DNA of 64,000 nucleotides from Candidatus Salsuginivita brisbanensis. Its GTDB lineage: Bacteria; Verrucomicrobiota; Verrucomicrobiia; Opitutales; Opitutaceae. Made by a program: the position numbers and the translations under genes. Every line of letters starts with the position of its first letter. The stretch's first letter is position 1. Under the pieces are notes generated by a model. That model did not search any database. It was not told where the DNA came from and saw only the letters and a program-made list of their open reading frames with translations. The stretch covers positions 1,700 through 65,699 of the forward strand of contig JAYQOU010000002.1 of the NCBI GenBank assembly GCA_038144975.1, written 5' to 3'. This document shows, piece after piece, positions 9,001-17,133 of the stretch.

Positions 9001-9924
9001 GTGTCTGCTCATGTTGCCAGCCCCGCCAGGAGCGCCTCGGCCCGTACCATTCGCCGTATTTCCGGACTGCTGGCTGCGGGCATTATCCTGATCCTTACCG
9101 CCTGCTCCCGAGAATCCCCCGCAGGCGCCGACAGCAACCGCTACGACCTCCGGGGTGAGGTGCTTGCCGTCGACCGCGAAAAGAACGTCTTGCGCGTGAA
9201 CCATGAGGAGATCCCCGGCCTGATGCCGGCCATGGTGATGGAATTCGAGGTCTCGGCGGGAGATGCCTCCATCGCGACGACCGGCGGACGCATCCGCGCG
9301 GATCTGGTCGATCTCGGTCAGGGCAACTTCCGGCTCGAGCGGATCTGGCCGGACGACACAATCTCGCGAACCGCAATCGATCAGGCGGCAAAGACCCTTC
9401 GTCAGGACACAGCGATCCGTGGGCGTCAGGTCTACCGCGAAGTGGGGGAGGCGTCGCCGGAATTCACGCTCTACGACCAGGACGGGAAGCCGTTCACGAG
9501 CGCCCGCCTGCGGGGCCGGCAGTTCCTCGTGAACTTCATCTACACGCGCTGCCCGATCGCGACGATGTGTCCGCTGGCGACCCAGAACATGGTCGCCGCC
9601 CAGCAACTGTCCAGTGAGGCTGGCATCGACAACGTGCACTTCGTCTCGATCTCGCTCGACCCCGAGTACGACACGCCGGGCGTGCTTCGCGAGTACGCGG
9701 ACCTCCGCGGCATCGACACGTCGAATTTCTCGTTTCTCACCGGTCCAACCGCCGCGGTTGAGGACCTGCTGGCACAGTTCGGTGTCCTTTCGAATGGAGG
9801 CACCGAGGGACTGCTGGCTCATACGCTTGCCACCTTGCTCATCGATGCCGATGGCCGCATCGTGCACCGCGTCGATGGCAGCCAGTGGAATCCCCAGGAC
9901 TTTGTCGCGAGACTGAGACGATGA
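9001..9924 (+). CDS. SCO1/SenC family copper chaperone with N-terminal CusF-like metal-binding barrel, lipoprotein
   Basis: Lipobox 'LLAAGIILILTAC'. The N-terminal 'GEVLAVDREKNVLRVNHEEIPGLMPAMVMEFEV' resembles CusF-type Met-rich barrels. The C-terminal thioredoxin fold carries 'FLVNFIYTRCPIATMCP' and a downstream His ('LLAHT'). Confidence 0.8.
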   Translation: MSAHVASPARSASARTIRRISGLLAAGIILILTACSRESPAGADSNRYDLRGEVLAVDREKNVLRVNHEEIPGLMPAMVMEFEVSAGDASIATTGGRIRADLVDLGQGNFRLERIWPDDTISRTAIDQAAKTLRQDTAIRGRQVYREVGEASPEFTLYDQDGKPFTSARLRGRQFLVNFIYTRCPIATMCPLATQNMVAAQQLSSEAGIDNVHFVSISLDPEYDTPGVLREYADLRGIDTSNFSFLTGPTAAVEDLLAQFGVLSNGGTEGLLAHTLATLLIDADGRIVHRVDGSQWNPQDFVARLRR

Positions 9925-10844
9925 CCCTCACTGGGACGCAATCGCGCCAGGTCGGCTGGCTCACCGCGGCTGCCGTGGCCATGTATGTCGGAGTCCGCCT
10001 GCTGCCGACCGGCACGAACCTGAGTCACATGGACTTTCGTGTCACGGGCTCGAACGTCATCGAGTTCTGCGACCCGGCGAATCCGCAGTTCCTTCCCGTG
10101 GTCACCGTGCGCTCGCCAGTCGTCTTCAAGGCGACGCCTGCCGCACCGGTGCGGGCGGGCGAACGGGTTGACCTGACGCTCAGGCTTTCGACGGCCGTCG
10201 GAAAGCCCATCGGTCCAAACGAGCTGCTCGTCGTGCACACCCGCCCGCTGCACCTGATGGTCGTCGATCCCTCATTGGGCGACTATCAGCACGTTCATCC
10301 CGAGCCGACCGGAACCGATGGTGAGTGGACAGTGAGCTTCGAACCACGACAAGCGGGAGTCTACCGGCTGTTCGCCGACTTCACTCCGGCGGCTACGGCG
10401 CGTGGACTTTATGCGAGCACGGACCTCGAGGTACCGGTGGGTTTGAGCCTGCCGGGCGGTAGCGCGGCCGAGGCTTTTACAGACGAGCTTGGCCTCTGGA
10501 AACAAAACGGTCCCGTAGAGTTCCGGCTCACGGCTTCGGAGCCGATGCGCGCGGGAGTTACCGTCGACCTGAAGTTTGCCATGCGGGGGACAGACGGCGG
10601 CCCAGTGCCGCTTGAGCCGGTCATGGACGCCTTTGCGCATCTGGTGGCTTTCGACCGCGATCGTACGGGATTCGCCCACCTGCACCCGGCCGAGATCGAT
10701 CTCTCTGTGCCGCCGGATCGAATGAACCCGGAGCTGACGTTTCGGGTCACGATCCCCCAGGCCGGGCGATTCGTCGTCTGGGCCCAGGTCAACCTCGCGG
10801 GGGAGGAAACCTACGTTCCCTTCTGGTTCAACGTCGCCCAGTGA
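9921..10844 (+). CDS. membrane-anchored hypothetical protein with two tandem Ig-like domains carrying H-x-H-P motifs (putative metal binding)
   Basis: The ATG at 9921 overlaps the SCO stop codon as ATGA. One N-terminal TM segment. Two similar ~110-aa halves each contain a '(H)L(M/V)V(V/F)D...(Y/F)(Q/A)H(V/L)HP(E/A)E' block. Third-codon positions are G+C-rich like the neighbouring genes. Confidence 0.6.
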   Translation: MTLTGTQSRQVGWLTAAAVAMYVGVRLLPTGTNLSHMDFRVTGSNVIEFCDPANPQFLPVVTVRSPVVFKATPAAPVRAGERVDLTLRLSTAVGKPIGPNELLVVHTRPLHLMVVDPSLGDYQHVHPEPTGTDGEWTVSFEPRQAGVYRLFADFTPAATARGLYASTDLEVPVGLSLPGGSAAEAFTDELGLWKQNGPVEFRLTASEPMRAGVTVDLKFAMRGTDGGPVPLEPVMDAFAHLVAFDRDRTGFAHLHPAEIDLSVPPDRMNPELTFRVTIPQAGRFVVWAQVNLAGEETYVPFWFNVAQ

Positions 10845-10870
10845 AATCAGGGGCCTGACCTCAGCCTGCC

Positions 10871-10958
10871 CGAATCGTTCTCATTCTCTTTCTCGTACTC
10901 GTTCTCGAGACTGCCAAGCCGAGTACGAGTACGATTAAGAGTAAGAGTACGAGTTCGG
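10871..10958. repeat. hexamer-periodic A/T-rich hairpin repeat (family R1: (TCGTAC/TCTTAC/TCGTTC)n - loop - (GAGTAC/GAGTAA/GAGAAC)n)
   Basis: The left arm 'gaatcgttctcattctctttctcgtactcgttctcgag' and right arm 'gagtacgagtacgattaagagtaagagtacgagttcg' are imperfect reverse complements around an 11-nt loop. The same design recurs at 19521, 25421, 38934 and 50089. Confidence 0.85.
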
Positions 10959-11024
10959 GCCCCCGGCATTCTGCCCACCGCGCACCAAATCGGCCCCATC
11001 CCGGGAGCTCAGAGGTCCGATCTC

Positions 11025-11110
11025 AGCCGGCCGGCCTGACAGGCCGGCCCTACCTTTGTTCGGGGCCTACCTATGCTCGGGGGTAGGGACGACCCGCTGG
11101 GTCGTCCGCC
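11025..11110. repeat. pair of GGTAGGG-flanked G+C-rich palindromes (family R2) in opposite orientation
   Basis: 'gccggccggcctgacaggccggccctacc' at 11025-11054 and 'ggtagggacgacccgctgggtcgtccgcc' at 11082-11110. Each is a 7-8 bp stem with a 5-nt loop, next to CCCTACC/GGTAGGG. Related copies lie at 19342, 19392, 14485 and 58379. Confidence 0.8.
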
Positions 11111-11185
11111 AGCAATCTGCTCACCGCGGACCCGATCCAATATCCGCACTCCAAAATCCAAAATCAGCGGGCCGGAAGCCCGCCC

Positions 11186-12079
11186 TCACGCGCCCTTCGA
11201 CTCCAGGTTCTCGATCCCCGTGTACTTCGAGGACTGCTCGTCCGCGTGGTAGCTGGAGCGAACCAGGGGGCCGCTTTCCACGACGCCCAGTCCGATGCCG
11301 AGTCCGAACTGTTTCCAGTGCGCGAACTCCTCGGGGGGTACCCAGCGGTCGACCGGCAGGTGCTTCGGCGTGGGCTGCAGGTACTGGCCGATCGTGAGGA
11401 TGTCGGTGCTGTCTGCCGCGATGTCGCGCAGTGTCCGCTCGATCTCCTCTGCAGTCTCCCCGAGGCCTAGCATGATCCCGGTCTTGGTCACGAATCCCCG
11501 GCTTTTGGCGTGACGCAGCACACTGCGTGACCGCTCGTACCAGGCCTGTACGCGCACGGGACGCTGCAGCCGCTCCACGGTCTCGAGGTTGTGATTGAAG
11601 ATGTCGGGCTTCGCATCGAGCACCGTGTCGACGTGCTCGAACTCGCCCTTGAAGTCGGGCACGAGCACCTCGATGGCGGTGTTTGGGTTGCGATGGCGCA
11701 CGGCGCGGATCGTGGCAGCCCAGACCGAAGCACCGCCGTCCGCGAGCTCGTCGCGCGCCACGCTGGTGATGACGCAGTGGCGCAGGCCCATCGTGGCGAC
11801 CGCCTCGGCGACCCGCGGCGGCTCACCGAGGTCCAGCTCCGTGGGCCGTCCGGTCTGGATCGCGCAGAATCCGCACGACCGGGTGCAGATGTTGCCGAGG
11901 ATCATCACGGTCGCCGTGCCGCGCGACCAGCACTCGCCGAGGTTCGGACACTGGGCGCTCTCGCAGACCGTGTGCAGCCGGTTCTCGTCGACCAGGCGCC
12001 GGGTGGCCAGGTAGCCCGGCCCGCCGGGCAGCTTTGCCCGGAGCCAGGAAGGTTTGCGCGGTGCGGTTTCGGAGACCAT
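11186..12079 (-). CDS. lipA: lipoyl synthase
   Basis: Radical-SAM and auxiliary cluster motifs 'CESAQCPNLGECW' and 'CTRSCGFCAI'. The start is set at the 'MVSETAPRKPSWLRAKLP' Met (12079); the listed ORF extends to 12127. Confidence 0.93.
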   Translation of the reverse strand: MVSETAPRKPSWLRAKLPGGPGYLATRRLVDENRLHTVCESAQCPNLGECWSRGTATVMILGNICTRSCGFCAIQTGRPTELDLGEPPRVAEAVATMGLRHCVITSVARDELADGGASVWAATIRAVRHRNPNTAIEVLVPDFKGEFEHVDTVLDAKPDIFNHNLETVERLQRPVRVQAWYERSRSVLRHAKSRGFVTKTGIMLGLGETAEEIERTLRDIAADSTDILTIGQYLQPTPKHLPVDRWVPPEEFAHWKQFGLGIGLGVVESGPLVRSSYHADEQSSKYTGIENLESKGA

Positions 12080-12221
12080 GGAGAGTTGCTCTAGGGCACC
12101 GACGCCCGGGGCGGTGGCAAGTGTCAAGTGCCCGGCGGAATTTGCGTCTTGGCACCGGACTCCCGGCGTTTGGTACTTGTCGCCTGCCAGTGGGGATCAC
12201 CCAAGGGCATCCCGTACAACC

Positions 12222-13694
12222 ATGTCCGAGAACACGGAAGACATTTCCCACGACCAGCACGCGGTGCGCCGGCGCAAGCTTGAGGAACTGCGCGCGGCGG
12301 GCACGGATCCGTTCCGGGCGTCCTTCGAGCAGACCCATTTCTCGGACGCTGCCTTGGCGGCGTATGTCGACGGACAGGACAACACCGTGTCGGTCGCCGT
12401 CGCCGGCCGGCTCGTGACGATCCGCGACATGGGCAAGAGCCAGTTCGCGAAGCTGCTCGATCAGCGCGGCCAGATCCAGGTCTACGTGCGCAAGGATGTC
12501 GTCGGCGAGGAGTCCTACGCGGCCTTCAAGCGCCTGGATCTCGGCGATATCCTTGGCGTGAAGGGCACACTGTTCCGGACCAAGACCGGCGAGATCACCG
12601 TGCGCGCGGAGTCATTCACGCTCGTCGCCAAGGCGCTGCGTCCGCTGCCCGAGAAGTGGCACGGGCTCGCAGATGCCGAGCAGATCTACCGTCAGCGCTA
12701 CCTCGACCTGATCGTCAACGAAGGCTCCCGTAAGCGGCTCCTGATGCGGCCGAAGATCGTCGCGCACATCCGGCGCTTCCTCGAGGAGCGCGGCTTCGTT
12801 GAAGTGGAGACACCGGTGCTGCAATCCGTGGCCGGCGGCGCGGCGGCACGGCCCTTCGTGACGCACCACAATGCCCTGGGCACGGATTTCTTCCTGCGCA
12901 TCTCCCTTGAGCTCTACCTCAAGCGGATGCTGGTGGCCGGCTATGACCGTGTGTTCGAGATCGGGCGAAATTTCCGAAACGAGGGGCTGTCCCGGAAGCA
13001 CAATCCCGAATTCACCATGCTCGAGGTGTACCAGGCGTACACGGACCATCGGGGCATGATGCGCCTGATCCGGGACCTGTTGACGGGCCTGTGCCGTGAC
13101 GTGATCGGCTCGATGCGGATCCCGCATCCGGCGAGCGGGCAGGAGATCGACTTCGGGGGGGACTGGCGCGAGGTGACCTACAAGGACCTGGTGCGCGAGG
13201 CGACGGGCGACCCGGACTGGTTCAAGCGCCCGAAGGCCGAGCACGCGGCTGCGGCGGACCGTCTCGGGTTGTATGTCGATCCGAAGTGGGAGGACTACGA
13301 GATCACGCACGAGATCTTCTCGAAGAAGATCGAGCTCAACCTGATCCAGCCGACGTTCGTCATGAACCTGCCCAAGGAGCTCTGTCCGCTGGCTAAGATC
13401 AACCGCGACGACCCGGAGACGCTCGATGTCTTCGAGCTCGTGATCGGCGGCATGGAGATCGCGCCCGCCTACAACGAGCAGAACGATCCGTACGTGCAGC
13501 GGGCGATGTTCGAGGCGCAGGCGGGAGCCGAGGCGCAGAGCATGGACGACGACTTCCTGCTGGCGCTGGAGCACGGCATGCCACCGGCCGGCGGCATGGG
13601 CGTCGGCATCGACCGCCTCTGCATCCTGCTGACGGGCGCCGAGAGCATCCGGGACGTGATCCTGTTCCCGCAGTTGAGGCCGACTGGCGGCTGA
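12222..13694 (+). CDS. lysS: lysine--tRNA ligase (class II)
   Basis: N-terminal OB-fold 'VAVAGRLVTIRDMGKSQFAKLLDQRGQIQVY' and class II motifs ('FRNEG', 'GGMGVGIDRLCILL'). The start is set at the internal ATG 12222 ('MSENTED'); the upstream 56 codons overlap the lipA promoter region. Confidence 0.95.
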   Translation: MSENTEDISHDQHAVRRRKLEELRAAGTDPFRASFEQTHFSDAALAAYVDGQDNTVSVAVAGRLVTIRDMGKSQFAKLLDQRGQIQVYVRKDVVGEESYAAFKRLDLGDILGVKGTLFRTKTGEITVRAESFTLVAKALRPLPEKWHGLADAEQIYRQRYLDLIVNEGSRKRLLMRPKIVAHIRRFLEERGFVEVETPVLQSVAGGAAARPFVTHHNALGTDFFLRISLELYLKRMLVAGYDRVFEIGRNFRNEGLSRKHNPEFTMLEVYQAYTDHRGMMRLIRDLLTGLCRDVIGSMRIPHPASGQEIDFGGDWREVTYKDLVREATGDPDWFKRPKAEHAAAADRLGLYVDPKWEDYEITHEIFSKKIELNLIQPTFVMNLPKELCPLAKINRDDPETLDVFELVIGGMEIAPAYNEQNDPYVQRAMFEAQAGAEAQSMDDDFLLALEHGMPPAGGMGVGIDRLCILLTGAESIRDVILFPQLRPTGG

Positions 13695-13760
13695 TTGCGA
13701 GTTGTGGCGTGCGGATTTCGGAGTGCGGGGTGCGGAATGGCGGCGAATGGCGAATCGTCT
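13693..13760. repeat. degenerate octamer repeats of GATTGCGGA/ATTTCGGA type (family R3)
   Basis: 'gattgcgagttgtggcgtgcggatttcggagtgcggggtgcggaatggcggcgaatggcgaatcg' begins inside the lysS stop codon. The same motif class occurs at 14225-14580, 49225-49285 and 11133-11168, and weakly at 25549-25590. Confidence 0.65.
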
Positions 13761-14166
13761 TAGGTCGCAACGCGAGGTGGAACGCGTTGGGGACGACGCG
13801 CTGCTTGCGCAATCGTCGCGGGCAGGGACGAGCGGTCCGTATGCCGGCAGTCTGGACGCGATGGGGTGGTACAACTCAAACAGCGGGAGCCAGACACATG
13901 AGGTAGCTCAGAAGCAGCCGAACGCCTGGGGTCTGTACGACATGCATGGGAATGTGTTCGAGTGGTGCCTGGACGGGTATGCGGAGAGTTTGCCTGGCGG
14001 AAGTGTGACCGATCCGTTGGGCCCGTCTTCGCTTGGCGTCGCGGCCCGCGGCGGCAGTTGTGCCCTCGGCGCGTTTTCTGCCCGATCGGCCTTCCGCGTG
14101 ATTTACACCCCCGGTATGGGCATGGCCAACGTGGGCTTCCGTATTGCCCTAGCTCCTTCGCCCTGA
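13702..14166 (+). pseudogene. remnant of a formylglycine-generating enzyme (FGE-sulfatase/SUMF1) domain gene, C-terminal half only
   Basis: 'QPNAWGLYDMHGNVFEWCLDGY...VTDPLGPSS...RGGS...VGFRIAL' matches the C-terminal half of FGE-sulfatase domains. The N-terminal half is absent. The first ~35 codons of the ORF are simply translated R3 repeats. Several positions conserved in my recollection of the family are substituted (W->C in 'RGGSC', C->A in 'ARSAF'). Confidence 0.5.
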
Positions 14167-14224
14167 AAACAGCAGCCTGCTAGAGTAACAACGAATAGGG
14201 TGTGCCTTCTAGTAGCGTGATTTC

Positions 14225-14580
14225 ATTGCGGCATTCGGATCGCGGATTGCGGACTGGCGGGTGATTGCCGACTGCCGATTTTGCAAAGGACGGCTGGGAA
14301 CTGGGGCTGGATTCCGGTTGTTTCTCGATCGGCAATCGGCATTCGGAATTCAGCAATGGGGCTTCGGAGGAGCGGCTGCTTCGGGTGACGTCACTCGCCT
14401 GATTCGGTAGGGCCTGCGCTTCGAAATCCGGGAAACCCAATCGGCAGGCCGCAGTCCGCAATCCGAAATCCAGAAGGCGATTGCGGGGTAGGGGCACCCC
14501 GCCTACACCGGATTCGGGCTGCGGACCTGACGTTCCGCGGAACACAATCGAAAATCGGCAATCGAAAATCCAAGATCCCG
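14225..14580. repeat. ~350-bp field of degenerate R3 octamer repeats with embedded inverted copies and one R2-like palindrome
   Basis: Motifs in both orientations include attgcgg, attcgga, gattgcgga, gattgccga and aatcggca. 'cgcggattgcggactg' (14250-14266) is mirrored by 'cagtccgcaatccg' (14451-14464). 'ggggtaggggcaccccgcctac' lies at 14485-14506. No credible ORF is present. Confidence 0.7.
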
Positions 14581-14582
14581 CA

Positions 14583-15816
14583 GTGCCCTGGTATCTCTAT
14601 CTCGCCCTGAAGCAGCTGTTCCCCACGGGGAAGCGGTTTCCGTTCTTCACCGCGATTTCGATCCTGGGCGTGTCGCTCGGCGTTTCCCTGCTCGTGATCT
14701 CCACGAGCGTCATGGCGGGTTTCGGACAGGAAATCCGCCAGATGATCGTCGATACCCAGGGAGAAGTGCAGGTGCGCCCGTTCTCAGGGGGGCTTGTGAC
14801 TTCGCCGGGCGATATCGAATCGCGGATCGAGTCGGTGCCCGGTGTCGTCGCGGCTGCGCCGGTCGCGGAGGGCATGGTGGTGCTTCTATTCGAGAACCGT
14901 CCCGTCGCGCCCGCCATGCGCGGGCTCGATCCAGTCAAGGCCGGCGACGTCATTCCACTGGACCGATTTCTTCTCGGTGGGTCGCTTGATGCCCTCGACG
15001 ACGACGGGGTCATCCTGAGCTACCAGCTTGCCGAGGCGCTCGGCGCGCGGATCGGCGACCGGGTCGAGGCCTGGTCGATCCGGCAGGTGCTCGAGTCCTC
15101 CGCCGACACCGTCGTCCTCCCGCGCGAGCTCCGAGTGGTCGCCTACTTCGAAATCGGCCACCAGCAGCTCGACAGTTCCCTCGCGCTCGTGACCTTGCGC
15201 ACGATGCAGGACCTCTTCGGACTCGGTTCCGGGGCGCACGGTCTCGACGTGAAGATCGAGGAAGGCGGTGATCCCGATGCGCTGGCGATGGAGATCAATA
15301 GGGTGCTGCCCCCGCTGTCCGGTCTGCGCGCCGCCTCCTGGGAGGAGGCGAACCGACAGTTCCTTTGGGTGCTTCAGCTGGAGAAGAACATGATCTCCTT
15401 CCTGCTGATGTTCATCATCGTCGTGGCCGCCTTCTCGGTCACCAGCTCCCTGCTCATATCGGTCGTGCGCAAGACCCGCGAGATCGGGCTGCTCGGCGCG
15501 CTCGGCGGTGAGGCAAGCCAGGTTGCCGCCTGCTTCTGCGTGCAGGGTTTCCTCATAGGCGTCGCGGGCACGATCTTTGGCGTCGGTATCGGCCTCACGG
15601 CGCTGCACTTCCGCCAGGATATCGTGCACCTTTTCACGAGTCTCACGGGCAGCGAGAGTGTGCTCGAACGCTTTTACCAGTTCAGCCAGCTCCCAGCCCA
15701 CACCGAGGGCTCCGACTTGCTCGTAATCGTGGTAGCATCGGTCGTCATCTCGACGATTGCGGGACTGCTGCCCGCCTGGCGTGCGTCCCGACTTAACCCA
15801 GTGGAGGCGCTTCGCA

Positions 15817-15824
<8 letters not shown>
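14583..15824 (+). CDS. LolC/LolE-family (FtsX/MacB-type) ABC transporter permease
   Basis: N-terminal 'YLYLALKQLFPTGKRFPFFTAISILGVSLGV', a large periplasmic domain, and a C-terminal FtsX region ending in 'PAWRASRLNPVEALRSE'. The start is set at GTG 14583, after the repeat field. Confidence 0.85.
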
Positions 15825-16479
<655 letters not shown>

Positions 16480-16490
16480 ACGAGGGCGTT

Positions 16491-17080
16491 CTTCACAGAA
16501 GGCCGCAAAGTTTCCTCTGCGAGGGAAACTTGCTGATAACCGTCTTTCGGAGGTTTGAACCACTGATTCGCACTAATTGGGGAAATATTGGTTGTAGCCG
16601 GTTGGTCAGCTGACCACCGGCAACCACAATAATACTCATGGATCGGGATAAGTGTTCATCAGTGAGGATCAGTGGTTAATCCTGGTTTGAACCACGGATT
16701 CCAGGGATTGGGTTCAGCAAACTCTGCGGCCTTCTGTGAAAGTTGAATGGTCATCGGTGCCCAATGTTTTAACCGCAGATGCCGCAGATGAACGCAGATT
16801 TCCAACCGGGACTATTGGTTGGTGGCTGGATCTCAGTACTGGTGACGGACACACCGTGTTTGGAACCATCCTTTAAGGATCCCTTGGCGGCCTTCTGTGA
16901 AAAATTTATGGGTCCCAGAATCCTGGAAACTCATCAGTGAGTATAAGTCGTTAAGCTTGGTTTGAACCACAGATTTCACGGATTCCACGGATTGGGTTCA
17001 GAAACCCTAGCGACCTTCTGTGAAAAGGTATGGGTCGCGGAATCCTGACTGCTCATCAGTAAAGATCAGTGGATAAATCC
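16491..17080. repeat. A/T-rich mosaic of nested palindromic repeat modules (family R4): one full ~195-bp unit plus partial units
   Basis: The full unit lies at 16552-16741, with an extension to 16759. It has termini 'gaaccactgatt'/'gatcagtggtt' and a central palindrome 'ccggttggtcagctgaccaccgg'. Partial tandem copies lie at 16886-17025 and 17053-17080. The end module 'gcggccttctgtgaa' appears in both orientations (16491, 16726, 16888, 17011). A hand-counted 60-nt line is 40% G+C, against 72% in lolD. Confidence 0.85.
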
Positions 17081-17133
17081 CGCCGACCACTTGTTTCTTG
17101 GCAGCTGACCGCCGCCCTTGCAGCGTCGCGTGG

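Noticed and set aside
16552-16741. Calling the ~195-bp unit a mobile element (MITE).
   Set aside because: Terminal inverted repeats exist, but I could not identify target-site duplications. No transposase is present in the window. I therefore report it as a repeat of unknown mobility rather than as a mobile_element.
16491-17080. Possibility that the repeat mosaics (also 40651..41383) are CRISPR arrays.
   Set aside because: There is no regular repeat-spacer periodicity. The modules differ in length and orientation and are imperfect, and no cas genes are present in the window.
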